Assembly: GCA_022813865.1 (NCBI GenBank)
Contig: JALDZX010000008.1
Location: 434,001 to 498,000, forward strand
Length of the DNA: 64,000 nucleotides
Direction of reading: 5' to 3'
Origin: Xylographa opegraphella
Lineage: Eukaryota
Part shown: one piece after another, positions 15,204 through 29,394 of the stretch
Numbering within the stretch: position 1 is the stretch's first letter
How the letters are laid out: each line of letters opens with the position of its first letter
Notes under the pieces: model-generated
The model's database searches: none
What the model was told of the DNA's origin: nothing
Seen by the model: only the letters and a program-made list of their open reading frames with translations
Translations under genes and position numbers: made by a program

Positions 15204-17523
15204 ATGTTGTGAGCGTTCTTTGACATCAACAGCGCCAATCACATCCTGGCAGTGCTGATTAGAAGTGGACAGCGTTTTACCACCACCGCCTCGATATCCT
15301 ATCAACCATGCATATACCACAACTACGACGGGTGGCTTGGCCATACCGATTATGGAGACAAATAATACCGTTAAACACCCATCAGGTCCAGAATATCAGC
15401 TTGCCGTAGGAGAGGGTAACCCCTGCACCACGCGCGCGCAAAATGATGACAAGTCCTGACATATTCTGCAAGGTACCTACGTCCTGCGAGACGATTTTCA
15501 CCTCGCTACTCCTCCTCCACATCCATCCGAGGCTCCTCCTCCGAACCTCAATCCTCTCGCAACCACACCGGCCCCGCCCACTGCCGGCATCAAGCTTTCG
15601 ATCGTCATCATCAGCCCCCGCAAAGTGACGCCCCAGCTATACAGCGTTAATATGAAAACAAGCGAACGCCCCAACTTGGCTACCTATAGTATCAAGGAAA
15701 GCGAGAAGGAATCAAGGGAATCACACGAGACTTCCGGCGATGAAGCGCACTTCCCCCCGTCGTCTACTGGGACATATGGTAAAGCTCCAGCTTTTGGAGC
15801 CGAGAACACCCTTTTGGCAACGATCACGGGCAAAGATGCCTTAAGAAGAAAGAAGCCGAAGAACAACATAATCAAAAGTAATTCGTCCTATGTGTCCCGG
15901 GTTATTCCGCATGAAGCCTTGGCAAAACGCTTGCAGGAGCGAAATCCGGAAGGTCTTTTTGCCTTTACAAATATCAACAGAGCGTTTCAATGGTTAGATC
16001 TTACCACTGACAACATGTTCAAGGTGAGCTCGTGGCAACCCTGATCAAACTCTGTCATCCGCTAACGCCTGAAAGGCTGAACATTTGACAAAAATATTGT
16101 TCACGAAAGCGCATGTGCTATGCCACGATGTAAATGACCTCACAAAGAGTACAAACCATCTAGACGTGATCATGGGCACCTCTACTGCAGATATTATATG
16201 GTATGAGCCGCACTCACAGAAATATGCCAGACTAAACAAGAATGTACTGTGGTTCCTGTTCCTAACCAGACCCGTGCTAAGGCTGTCAAGGGTGTGATCA
16301 ATGCGTCGCCGATATCTAACATACGATGGATACCGGGTTCAGAGAATCTATTTCTGGCCTCCCATACAGATGGAACGCTGTTGATATACGACAAGGAGCG
16401 AGAAGACGCCGCATTCGCACCCGAAGAAAATGGCACCTCGACGCCTGAAAAACACGGCGATGCTGGTGAAGTTCGTCATATTCACATAAACAAGTCTGTC
16501 AACTCGAAGAACCAGAAAAGCAATCCAGTTGCTTCCTGGAAGATTTCAAACCAAAGAATCAACGCCTTTGCTTTTTCGCCCGACAGTCGACATCTCGCGG
16601 TGGTGTCGGAAGATGGGTCATTGCGCGTTATTGACTATCTCAGAGAAGTGTAAGTAGAGTTCGGGTTTCCAGCTTTTCGCTTGTGCCTCCCATCTTGCTA
16701 ATCGCGCATAGGCTGGTGGATCTATACACAAGCTACTATGGTGGGCTCATGTGCGTCTGCTGGTCGCCCGATGGCAAGTATGTCCTGACTGGAGGTCAGG
16801 ATGATCTGGTGACGATCTGGTCGCTGGCTGAGCGACAGATTGTGGCCCGGTGCCCTGGGCATCATTCTTGGGTCACAGCGGTAGCATTTGACCCGTGGAG
16901 ATGCGATGAGCGGAATTATAGGTTTGGTAGCGTCGGCGAAGATTGTCGCTTGTTGCTCTGGGACTTCAACGTCGGAATGCTTCACCGACCGAAAGCTGTA
17001 TGTACCTTGCCTATCCAAGACGATTATCTGCGAACGAAGCTGAGATTCGTAGGCTTCCGTGCGCCAGAGAGGGAGCGTGTCGTCTCACCTGCCATTGACA
17101 CGCAATCGCACTGAAAGTCAAGTTACCGCACGCATACGGTCAAACTCTAGCCTCACCACGAACAGTGCAGAGGGAGAAGAAACAATCGAGCACGCTGTGG
17201 AGTCGAGGACAAGGACGGCGGAACTACCGCCTGTGATGGTAGGTATTTCCGTAACGCAGTGTTTGAGGACAGGCTTCACTGACGCTGGACGTAGTCGAAG
17301 TTAGTGGACCCAGATCCGTTGTCGTGGATAGGATTTGAGGAAGACTGCATTGTTACCTCGTGTGATGAAGGTACGTGGAGGCACCCATGGAATTGATTGG
17401 TTGCCACCCATGGGTTCATGCTCACTCAGGGGATCCGCAGGTCATATTAGAACGTGGGACCGTCCTCGGGAAGGGGTCAACAGCAGCCAGGTCACCCTGT
17501 CCGCTGTGGGAAGTAGTACCTAA
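15204..17523 (+). CDS. creC: WD40 catabolite repression protein CreC (WDR20-like), multi-exon
   Basis: A 5-nt first exon (ATGTT) splices to give [11 protein letters not shown]. Motifs [66 protein letters not shown]. Confidence 0.9.
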
Positions 17524-18560
17524 GCAAGTGACGGTACAATCGGGCGTCCAATCGCCCATTTGATTCATGTGGATACCTTTATGCGGTCGGGATATATACC
17601 TTAGGTAGCTTTGGGATAGCATGATAGCCACATGTCAACAGGAGTAATTATACTCGACGGAAGTTTCTCCTTCAGCCAGCCTCATCTATCAATGTGGATC
17701 CTGAATCACGGTATCACGGCCTTCGCGGGCCGCTAGATAGCAGTCCCGTCGTTTCGTAGCCACAGCACCTACCTTGGTGGACCGGTGACGATAAGCCACA
17801 CAGGAATGACGGGTGGATTCTCAGCGCACGATTGTTGGAACGACGAACGACAAACGACATATGACATACGACATACCTAACTGCACCCACTTTCCCCCGG
17901 CTATTCATCGGTGAAAAGTGAGCCACCAATCGGGTGATCGGATGGCCCTCCGATTGTTCCCGAGGGCAAATATGCTTACTGCTCGCCCTCACTTCTGTCC
18001 CACTCCCATCCAACAGTTGTCTGAATGTCTGACTATCAGGAATTACTGCCGAGGATGCTTCGCCAGGCCCAGACGTTAAAGATTGACTTTTCAACGCCCA
18101 ATTGATTGCCATTGGGTGGCCTGGGTCATCCAGCAGTGCTTACACGATGATTGCACAGCCTGGCACTCCCAGGCAGCGGCCATCCATTTGCTTCGTGCGC
18201 CTTTTCGCGGATCCGGATGGATCACGATACCTTCCCACCACTTTTTGCGTGCGTGAACCGACGTGGGCCTCTTCTTCCTATCATCGCTCCCGGTAATAGC
18301 CCCGGTCGATCCATTTTTAGCTGGAATCTACTTGAATAGTTGCGATGTCCCTTCCTTAGCGGGCATCTGTCTCGGTAACAAGCATTGCGGCTGTGGACGT
18401 CACTGATAGGCTCTTCCCGTACTGAATTTCTTTGTGATCTCTCTGGCCCATGACACGTCTCACATCCTGCACTTCTACCTTCATTGCTTGCCCCTGGTGG
18501 CAAACCGTATCTGCTTAACATCTTTCACGCTTCCATTCTGTCTCTTCACTTTTCACTAAA

Positions 18561-20521
18561 ATGCCCTCCAACTTTCTGTCAAGCATCGGGAATACGAACA
18601 ACGCCCTTTTGTTCGAGATCAGGTATGGCATCTCTTTGATCTATCACAATACATTCGGCCATGAGTGCTGGATAGTATAATTCACTAACGTCACTTGTCC
18701 CCCCAGACTCAACGAGACGAATATCATTCTGCGAGGCAGTGAACATGAGTCGGCAAGCGCCCAGGTCAAAGGGTCCCTCGTTCTTTGCCTCACAGAGCCT
18801 CTCAAAATCCAAGGGATTAGCATGCATCTTTCATGCGAATCTAAGATACAGTAAGGTTTCACGTGCTATATACTGCCTTTCCTGGACTGACTGACAATTC
18901 GATCAGGTTTCCTCTGGCGATCGGCCCACGCGCCGGTTATGGCATAGTGAAGTCAGACAGGGAACATCTACACGAGGATTGGGAATTCCTGGGATCCGAT
19001 AAAGGGCAATCAAAGACCTTACGGGCCGGAAACTACGAATACCCTTTCGAGGCCATCTTGCCAGGGACTTCGCCAGAAAGTGTCGAGGGCTTACCAGATA
19101 CCTGGGTGATCTATCGTATAAAGGCCACTGTCCAACGTGGCAGGTTTGCAAAGGATCTCATCACTCGCAGGCATTTTAGAGTGATTCGGACTTTTGACGA
19201 TAGTGCGCTTGAGCTCTCGCATGGCATGGTATAGTATTCATTGACCCATGATCAAGGGACCATCAACTTATGTGAAGCAGAGCATCGAGAACTTCTGGGA
19301 AGAGAAGATTGATTACTGTCTCAGTACACCGACGAAGGCAGTAATATTCGGCACAAGCGTCCAATGCGATTTCCGCCTAATTCCCCTCTTGAAAGGACTG
19401 AAAATTGAGAAGATGGAGGTCGAGTTGATTGAGCAGCACGAATTTACTGTGGAACATTATCTGAATTGTGACCGGCACCATGAGTACTCACGAACCGTTG
19501 CGACAGCTGCTTGGGAATTACCGGAAGGTACTGAAACGGAGGACATCAATGGCCAAGAGGGCTATTTGTTCTCCGGAAAGCTTGACATGCCGAAAAGCTT
19601 GCGTGAATGCCGTCAAAGCGTCGATTTGTTGGGTATCAAAATAAAGCACAAGCTGAAGTTCAATGTGAAGTTGAGGAATCCAGACGGCCACATCTCTGAA
19701 GTGAGTTCCACATTTCCGCACACGTATCTCTTGTCGTGCTAATCAGGCCTCAGCTGCGAGCTCAATTACCCATCCATATTTTCATATCTCCTAATCTTCC
19801 TGTCAACGATGCGCACGAGCTCGTGACACAAAACCCTCAAGCCGTCCAGGCACTATCAGACATCAATCGCCAGACACCTCCTAACTACGGCGAGCACTTG
19901 TTCGATCAGCTGTACAGCGACGTGGATCCGAATGGATATATGACGCCTGCAGGAAGCAGTACCCCGTTCAATTCTCAAAGCAGAAGCGGGTCATCCGAAA
20001 ATCTGGCATCATTGGGCGATGTATCGACCGACGCCGAAGTTTCTGCAAACACCCTACGCAATCGCCTCAGTAGCTTAACAGACCCGATTGCAATGCGCGC
20101 CAGAGAACGGACACCTATATCAGGAACATCCACACCTCAACCACGGATTCGGGCAAGCCCACCAGGGTCACGCCACCCTTCTATTGCCATATCAGCTCCA
20201 GGAGAATACTCTGCAACATCTATCGGCGGAACCCATGGCTCTGGTACTGCAAGTCCTCGTTCCCGAAGCAACTCAGATGAGGGTTCCGCTCCTCAGCACA
20301 TAGAGCGAGCAGCTCTTTCTAGAGTTCCTAGTTACAACACTGCGTTGCAGACTCCCGTCCGTACACCATGCAGTGACAACCTTCCAACCTACCAGGATGC
20401 CACTAGTCGGCCGTCTACTCCACCCCCTGCACGATCGCGATCGACTCCAGCTCTACAGGCTTTGCGGAACCATTCCGACGACAGTAGCACAAGTGAACCG
20501 GCCGCATCACTGCGGCCTTAG
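18561..20521 (+). CDS. creD: Alpha-arrestin, CreD/Rod1-like HECT-ligase adaptor (multi-exon)
   Basis: Arrestin N/C domains (GNYEYPFEAILPGTSPESVEGL, LRNPDGHISE-LRAQLP). PY-type motifs PPNY, VPSY, LPTY. Confidence 0.85.
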
Positions 20522-21182
20522 TATGGTTGAGCCGCTGCATAAGGACCACGACTAGGAAGTGATGCTTTTGCTCCATATCTAGATTTCAGCGGATACTAAC
20601 TGTTTTGACATTGTTCCCTTAGCATTGGAGTCTGGGCCTGTTGCATTGTGGCGGAGTTTGTATAGGGACGATTCACGAAGACGAACCTGAACATAGGGCT
20701 ACCACATCTAGCTGTTTGATGGATCAGGTTACGGGTAAAAGGGCAAGCACTTATTTCCACCCCCCTCCCTGGGAAGTATCAAAAGCTTTAGGAGCCCGGC
20801 GTAGCAAGTTGCTTTGATCGTATTGATCAACCTTCAACACGTGTAGCTTGAAAGATCGGTTGAACATGGTATTTCCCAATTTGCCAGAGTACTATGTATG
20901 CCATCGAAAATGTAACCAAGTCACCATGTCCTGTTCGTACATTATAAAGTTCGACTTATCCCATTACGCTTCATCGATGAAACCGCAACATGTGACTACG
21001 CTAGGTGGTGTTGAGTATAGCGTTATGAGCACCTCCTACGACTTCAAATGGGTAACTAAGGCAGTAATAAAAGCGATTCCCTTGTGACTTACCATGACAT
21101 TTCAATTCACAAATTCCCTCACTGTGCTAGTAATCACTCTCGTTGACGATCCTCTGTCGCACCGTATGACGTCTGATCTACC

Positions 21183-23307
21183 ATGGAGGAGGTCACACAC
21201 ATACAAAGACCAGGGCTTTCTATGCGTAACTCGCAAGCCTCACAGTGTGGGAAGGAGCACCCAACCTTAGGTGCTGACGGTAGCGATACCATGTTAGCAG
21301 ACAAGCCTCCAAAACCCAGGCCGTGGTCTGCGCTGGAGCTAAGACCGACCCTCTCACCGTCCCCAGTGTTCCTGGAGCCGGCCAAAACGTCCAAAGATGA
21401 CACTCATGTCGTGTCGTCGCCAGTCACACCAAAACGACCAAGCCTACCACCTCGCGGTTTGAGTCTGCAGATGCCCCCGCGAGATGTGACAAGCTCCAGT
21501 ACAGCAAACCTTACTACCAACGTCCTGAATCGGGTTCCTCTCTCACCGAAGCTCGATTCGACCATTACGTACGGACCGGCCGGCTCTGTCTTACCGCGAA
21601 GATCTCGTGGTCTGGACTTTTCAAGAGCCTGTACAAACCTCCATCATTCCACTCTCGCCGAGCAATCGTCCCCAGACTCCTCACCCGTGATCTCCGGTCG
21701 AGCCATGATGATACCGCCACGGAAAAGTCGTCACGGAGGAAGCACTTCCAGTATTCCTGACTCTCCTGGAAGCGCAGCTAATTCGTTGTGGTCTAATTTT
21801 GGGAACATGGACAAGCCTGGAATGTCCAGTTCCGCAGGCAGTATCAACATGATGGATTCAGACAGTGACAGCGATGCCTCTGATCTCGACGTCGTGATGG
21901 GTAGAGCGGAGGATGATGATACAATTCATATAACACCACAAGCCAATAAAACCGGATTCGGCTCTGGCAATCCATTTGTCAGAGGGATAATTTCGAGTCC
22001 AGGGATCGAGTTCCGCAGCCCATTTTCACCCGCGACAGCAAGTCTTATGAGCTTTCAACGCTCTAGACTGAGACATAAACACAGCAGCAGGAAAAGTTCC
22101 AGTAGTGCCAGTGTCAGCGGACATAGCTCGATGCCAAGCCCTGGTCCAGTGTCTCCGCCACTTTTGAAGAGTATTGAAAGTAACCTTAGTAGTGGGTTTT
22201 TCAACAAGGAGATGAGCAAGCAGGCTGTCAATTCGAGACGTGAGAGCTTAAGTTTGGGTACCAACGATATGCAGATTTCTGATGGTGCTGAAAGCGAAGA
22301 GGGCGATGGAAGTCGTGTCAGTCCCCATGATGCTTTGGGTATCCCTATCCCTGTTACGCCGACCTTGGATGAGCGGAGGAACGTCATTCGACGAGCGGTG
22401 ACTCGGCGAGGAAACTTATTAGTAGGCTATACATACCGATGATGCAAGTTTACATGCTGATGAGAAATAGCCTAAGCCTAAAAACTTTGCAAGGATACGG
22501 GCAGCACTGCAAGAAGAATGCTCTCCCGTCGATTCGGAATCTTTGAGAGAGGCGGAAGTTATTCGTCAAGTTCGAGAAAGCGATAACGACATGGAATCCA
22601 ACCACTTTTACTCTCAACCTACTACGAGAGCTTCTTCGCCAAGTCTGGTGCCAATAACTGCTGGACCGACTGGATCGCTCGATGATATATCTGATGTCGA
22701 ATTGACTACTCTCGATGTAAACCAGTTTCGCCGCTCATCAAGCTCCTTCACACAACAAGCGATCAAAAATTCAGCTGGTGCGGATTTCTGGAATAGATTC
22801 GACGGAAGAACCAGGACACCTCCTCCAGCCTCCTTTGCGCGAGGGAGCTCTTCGAGTATGAGTGATGAGATGAGCATGGACACCCCGGCATCTTCGAGTC
22901 TGACATTGACTCCACAGCAATACACGGTCCCAAGTCAATGCGTATCTCGATCTCGTTCGTCAACTCCTCAACCACCATTGATGGCCTCCGAGGTAACGCG
23001 AAAACTTGGAAAACGTCGGCGAGACGATGATCTAGACCCCAACGTGTTCAAACGTCGAGCTGTTTCACCTGGTGTGAGCTTACAGAATAGCCCTATTTTG
23101 CCACCTTCGCCCGCTCAGAGGGAAAGTGGATGGTGGGCTATGCAGGCAAGGGCGAATCGGGAAGTCCTCAACGGGCATGCGGCCGGAGAAAGAGCGAATA
23201 GCTCTGGAGGTAACAACGGCACGAGCAACCTGGGCCCGCCAAAAAGAGTTGGGTTTCATGGAATGAACGATACCAATGATGGACTCATGAATATGAGTAT
23301 TGAGTAA
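21183..23307 (+). CDS. Ser/Pro-rich hypothetical protein, probably conserved in fungi (one intron near 22422-22470)
   Basis: Two long ORFs joined in frame (RRAVTRRGNLL-PKPKNFARIRAAL). Low complexity with islands such as LPRRSRGLDFSRACTNLHHSTLA. Confidence 0.75.
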
Positions 23308-23684
23308 AGATACATCGCATTTTGAGCTGCAAGGAGCATGAGGCATGGATCTTGGATGGCTATTTCGGGCTGCACTGTTTAGAGATACCCAGTTGTTAGT
23401 TTACTACTTGTATGATATTGATACCTATATTTCACAAGAAAGCAACTTCACAGCAGTGCGTAAACAGCTGTACGAGCGAAAAAAAGTTTCAATTGCTCAC
23501 TCAGTAGGTGAGAAGACTTTGCAAACACCCCTGTCGGTCATGATAAGTTTGCCTCGTGTCGCTTCTGAAAGTCAACAAGCAACATCAATGCAATTCAAGG
23601 CCAGGCCGAACATAAAATTTCCACGGCAATGTACATGTATTGAGTTCTAGCTCAAGACACCAATTTCCCTCCCCTCCACTCTCA

Positions 23685-24896
23685 ATGTCCTCCGCCAACA
23701 TCGCCGCCGTGTCGGCCTTTGTCGAAGGCGCCCCGCCTGGAGAGGTATGCCCTCAAAAGCCTCTCTGCACATTCACTCCTATCCTATCACACTCAACTGA
23801 CCTCTACCAGCTTGCCGATGTGATCGCCGGTATGCCATTCCTCCTCACTCCATTGGCAAGAGCCTAGGCTCAAAGCCCCAGACATCAAAGCCCTCACGGT
23901 CGACGAGCCGCAACTCCTGCAGTCCACCTCCGGCGCCTTGGAGAAGTACAACGAGGCGCAACTGACCACGGTTAAGCTGCCTGGCGGTAGTCAAAACGTC
24001 CGTGTCTCCCTCATACAAAGCAGATAGGACCAGAAGCTGATAGTAAAGCCAGGTGCTCGTCACGCCGTACAACTCACTCGGTGGAGGCCGCTACTACGAC
24101 GTCGCGAGCCACAGCTCGTTCGCGTTCGACCACACGACCCAGGTACCGGCAGAAGCTGAACCGCACATGTCCTATGAGCGTATTGCTGACGGCAAGCAGA
24201 AAGCGTCCGCGGTGCAATCACACGTACTCGAGAGCCAACATACGGATCTCATGTGCGTAACCCCCTTCTGCATCCCCCAAATGCTCTTCACGGAACTAAT
24301 TCCCCTCCGCAGCTCCTCCCTCCTCAAAGCGGTCGGCGCTCATGCTGCGGAGCACTACACCAGCAGCACCTACGGCGTATTCCCCACCCCCACCTCCCAC
24401 GACCGCACGCTCGCCATCCTGCTCGTCGCGAACAAATACTCCCCCTCCAACTTCTGGTACCAATCCCCCCTCTCCTTTCCCATCCCGCCCCATCCATCTC
24501 CAGCCAGAACCGCTGACCCCCGCCTTACCTCCCCACAGGAACGGCCGCTGGCGCACCACCTACCTACTCACCCCGTCCGCCTTCCCCCCCTCCCTTACCG
24601 GCACGCTGCAAGTCGACGTACACTACTACGAAGACGGCAACGTGCGGCTCACGAGCACCAAGCCGCTGACGCTGTCGCTCGGCTCCGGCTCCGCCTCTGC
24701 GGCCGACGTCGTGCGGCAGATGGCGCTCGCCGAGCGCAAGTACCAGGAGGAGCTGAACCGCGGTTTCGCGGCGCTGAGCGAGGGCGCCTTCAAGGCTCTG
24801 CGGCGGCAGCTGCCCGTCACGCGGCAGAAGGTCGAGTGGGAGAAGGTGGGCGGGTATAGGCTTGGGCAGGAGATCGGAGGCGGGAGGGCGCGGTAG
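23685..24896 (+). CDS. CAP1: F-actin capping protein alpha subunit (many small exons)
   Basis: FVEGAPPGE, ANKYSPSNFW-NGRWR, VDVHYYEDGNVRL, FKALRRQLPVTRQKVEW. Confidence 0.93.
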
Positions 24897-25254
24897 AAAG
24901 CGTGGGCTGGGGCGGGTTGGGTGGTGTGGTGGCGAAGGGGCTCGGGTACGAGGAGGTAGTCTGTCTACAAGCGTTCTGCAAGGGATGGGGTTCGGTAGAT
25001 GTCAAAAAGGAGCTTCCATGCAAAATAATATCTGATGGAAGATACGATTAGATAGCCGTGCTCAGATGCCTCGCTCTTGGAGATCCAGGATCTGCAGCCG
25101 ACTAGGCCGTCGGCTATGCATCAATCATCTCGACACCAGCCTCTCGAACGCCATCCCATGCATCCCCAGAAACGTAAACACACCCACCCACGGCCCCCCG
25201 CAATGCCACAAAAACCGTTAACAGGAATCCCCCACCATACAAAGCCGCAACCCC

Positions 25255-28200
25255 TCACCGCGCCACCGACCGCCCGTAGAACACGATATACGCTTGCTCG
25301 TTCTGCAGGCTCTGCTCGGGCCGCAGCTTACTGGGATCGAAGTCCGTGGCGTGCGTGTCGTCGAACTTGCGCCAGCAGCCCCGGGCCGGATCCTTGACCA
25401 AGGCGATATAGTGGCCCCCATTGCCCGTCTGGCCCAGGTGGCGCATCACGGCGTAGGCGTCATACTGGAACGGCGGCGTGATGGCCGGGTCCGAGACGCC
25501 ATCGCCGACGTCCTTGGGGTCGGTTTGCGTGGGCGCCATGTAGGGCTCCATCGCGAGGCCGTGCAGGGGAAAGTCGATCGGGGTGTGGACCTTGCGCGCA
25601 GACTCGGTCTTGGACGCGGAGAAGCGCTTGAAGTGGATGATGAGGACGCGAGGCAGGCGCGTGAGGGTGATGCGCTTGGTTGCCTCGCGCTCGCGCTTGC
25701 AGTGCGGGCATTTCCAGACTTCGTCGCCGCTGAGCCGCTCCTCTTGGCAGTAGCTGCGGAGGCACTGGTGGATGTCGCCGCGGCCGGAGCGGGGGATCTC
25801 GACGCTGATGGAGTAGAAGGCTTCGTAAGTGGTGGAGGTATTGCCGCACGTGGTGCAGCGCAGGCGAGACGCGTGCTGCCCGGCGAAGAGGTTGGAGATG
25901 AAAGACTGCTCGCGGTGCGCATAGCGGTCCCATTCCAGCTGGGAGACTTTGGCGACGGGCATGCGTTCCCGGATGAGTTCTTGTTCTGGGGTGAGTGGTT
26001 CAAGAGGGCGACGCCGCCAGTTGGTGTTCAGATCCTCATGTAGGCAGTCGACGAGGAATTCGAGAAACTCTTTGGCGTCCTGCTGACGATCGATGCCCCA
26101 GTCAGTCTTGAGGCGAGCGCAAAAATTACGCAGGGAAGTGGGTCGCACGGCGCGGTCGTCGTTCTTCCAGAGGTTGCGGATGAGGTTGGCGTAGATTTCC
26201 GGCATGATTCCGTTGGAACCTTTCCAATTCTTCTGGGTGAAGCCATGCCAGCGAGTGTCGAGGAAGAATTGCGATAGGGGAGTGGTGGCGAGAAGGCATT
26301 GTATCGTGGCGTTCATGTAGCATGTCACACCGAAGTTGACGAGTCCTGTACGGGGTAGTTTCAGAGAGTGAGGCACAGATCTGGACGTGTAGAGAGGTAG
26401 CTGAGCATGCGAAGGCTGTCGTGAAGTCGGCGATATTGATATTGAACTTCGGTCTGAAACACCACTATAGCTCGGACGAGGAACAGCTGGAGGCGGTCGC
26501 GATGGTATTGCAGGTATCGACGAAACGTATGGTAAAGGCGGTGGGGGGCGTGCTGGAGGGCTTTGGCCGAAGCCAGACATAGATTGGCGAGTATCGGAAA
26601 CCTCGGGAAATCTTCTAAAAAAGTCTTCGTAGGTGTGTGCTAGGGGAGATGGTGCTTCATCCGGCTGCGAAGAAATAGAGTCTGTATCTCCATCACTTTG
26701 CCCTTGATACTCTGCTGGTTCGACCTCCTCTTGTCGAGCCTTTTCCCGCCATACTCTCTCTTCGTCGGCATCAAGGGGATTGTACTCACGCAATCGCCTC
26801 CGTTGAACCTCCCTACTGGAATTAGCGGTCAACGATTTAAGTCTATTAGTCGGTCGCCCCGCTTCGTTGGTAAGTCGTTTTGAACGTGCTGATCCCATTT
26901 GTGCAGCCGTACGCGATGTCTGCAAAGCTTGAGGACCGACAAGGTCTATCCAGGCGTCCAAGCCTCCAAGCAGTACTACTGGCGCCCGCCGAAGCTTCTT
27001 ATAGTGACTGAACTCATAAAGGCACTCGTGTAGATATCTTAGAGCAGGTGCTGAGGAAATGTTCACCGGACCTTCAAGAAAGTGGTTATTCGAAGTTGAC
27101 GCATCATAATACACAACGAGATCATATTCATCCCTCTGCTTGAATAATATTTCTTCAGACTCTGGCGATACCACTAGTCTTTCTTCAAGATCCTCAGCAG
27201 ACATACCTGACCTAAGACTAAGAGGCTCAACACACATGATGGCTTTGGTGAAAATATGACCGTCATCGAATTCCTCGCGGTTTCTAACATCAATTACCAA
27301 GATATCGTATTGTTTGAGTCGGTCGTACAGTTCTTGCGCTGATATAGCTGAGGAATTCGGTAATTTTGGGAATAGGGGTCGTGGTAGTTTTTCTGCTCGA
27401 GTCTGACCTGGGACAGAAATGGGCCGGTTTCCCGGAGGTCCATGCTGGTAAGGTGGCGTGTACGAAAAATCATTCGCATACGATTCCGAAGACAGCGAAG
27501 ACCTTCCACTATTTCCAGAAGTGCTTCGTGTAGAACTTCTAGGTGGAATAATCGATGGTAAAGAAAGATCATTTCGCGCTGGACTGTATGTTGGACTAGG
27601 TTGCCGTGGTAGAGACACCGCGAGCCGTGTATCAAGGGGTAGCTTTGGTGGCAAGGGCGGATTAAATGTAGATGGGGCCATTGAACGAGGGCCCAACGGC
27701 TTACCAACCTCGTACGCTGGTGGTGAAAGCGATCTAGTCGAAACTGAGGGATCATCATTCGAAGCGGGAACTCTCTCCGGCAAAGATAGCTCCATAGAAC
27801 TTCGATTGCTAGGGTAGGGGAGAGGAACATGGAATGTACTTTGTGATGTACCCCTTAATTGTGCAAAACGTTCGGCTAGCACGTCTGCTGAAGAATTGCT
27901 GTATAGCTTTGCAGGTGGCGCATGCATCCGATCGGGCTTTGCCTGAATCGGAGGGCGCTCTCGCGTCGATGCGACTACGTTTGCTGGTTTTCGTCCGTTC
28001 GATTCCGCTGATACATAACGGCGAGAATCATAATTGCCATCGATGTTTGACATATCTGGCAATGATGCAGGACGCGGACTCGATTGCTGAGTTTCACGGC
28101 CAGTATCAATATCAGACGAAGGACGTATACCACTGCTCATGTTGTCTTCAATGATCATATCGCGGATTTTTTCAAATATCTCATGCTGAGAATTTATATG

Positions 28201-28870
28201 CTTCGATAAACAGGATCAGCTTTACGATCTTACAAGATTAAACATTGCGTTGCTACAAGGGACCAAGCCTTCACACCTCGATCAAGCAAAGAGATGCACA
28301 AGAAACTGGACAGAAAGGTGCGCAGAACTTAACGAACCTTGTAAAGTTGTCGATACCTAACAAATGTATTTCCTTGTCTTGACTTCAGATCAGGATACCC
28401 CTTATTCCGCGGAATCACATTGACTAGAATATCTGAGCTCATGAGGTATTGGACATAAGCCTTATCAGGCCGTTTAAAGTCAATGTCGGCCTCCGCTCTG
28501 CTTGCGCAGGTCTCTGCTTTCTGTAGCAAGGACTCGATCTATATGCCGAATTCAAGTTAGACCTTGTTACTTCTGACTTCAGTGGGAAGTGAGCAACCGT
28601 ATGCCTGGTTTGAAGATATAGAGAACTGACCGATGCGGCATTGGAGATAAATCTCATCTCCTCACGTGCTTCTGCAACCAGATCCTTCATATGTCGATAT
28701 CGTGGCGGTTTTTCTTGTTTTCGTTTTATACTGCTCGAAGATTCATCGCCCCCCGCCCAACTAACCCTGTTCGTTGCTTTGGTAGTCGTCCCATTTGCCC
28801 GCGCAAATCCATTTGTGTAGGCATGCGGCGGTCCGTTACCAGGACCTCGAGTAGTTGCTGGAGCACTCAT
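25255..28870 (-). CDS. DOA4: Ubiquitin C-terminal hydrolase, Doa4/USP8 type (MIT-like N-terminus, rhodanese and USP domains)
   Basis: Cys box GLVNFGVTCYMNA, QQDAKEF, His box GGHY. Rhodanese-like IDVRNREEFDDGHI. Short upstream exons. Confidence 0.9.
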
Positions 28871-29394
28871 TGCGATCAACACAGCAGCATACGCTCATGA
28901 TCTTCCATACTGGACTCTGGAGGAAGTGAACTTCGCTACTCCTGTCACAACGCTCAAAGGAAGCCGAGCGTCACTGACAACGGCCAGTGGCAACGGCTTC
29001 GTACATTGTCGCCAAAAGTAGCTCTGGGTCTATATAACCCATATCATGCAGTAATCTTTGTAGTTGATTCTGCGAGGTGAAACAGGCTGTAGCAATGCTG
29101 TAGCAAAGCGCCGTCAAGAGTGTACTTGTGATGGTATTCGAGCCCGTTGCATATTTCCGGAAAGAGACCGTCACCGAACTGTGGCTCGTGCCTTGTGGCG
29201 GGCGGGAGCTAACTTCATCCTAGCTTCGTCATAGGGCCAGGCTACATTCATTCATGTGCCCTTCCGCCCCAAGCATTCAGGCCACCGAATACCTTATCCC
29301 TCTCAGCAGCATTCGAACTCTATTCAGATACTCTGTGGTCTGATAGCTCTAGCCCCGAAGTTATAGCTTCATTTTCGATTGTATGGCGATTGCG

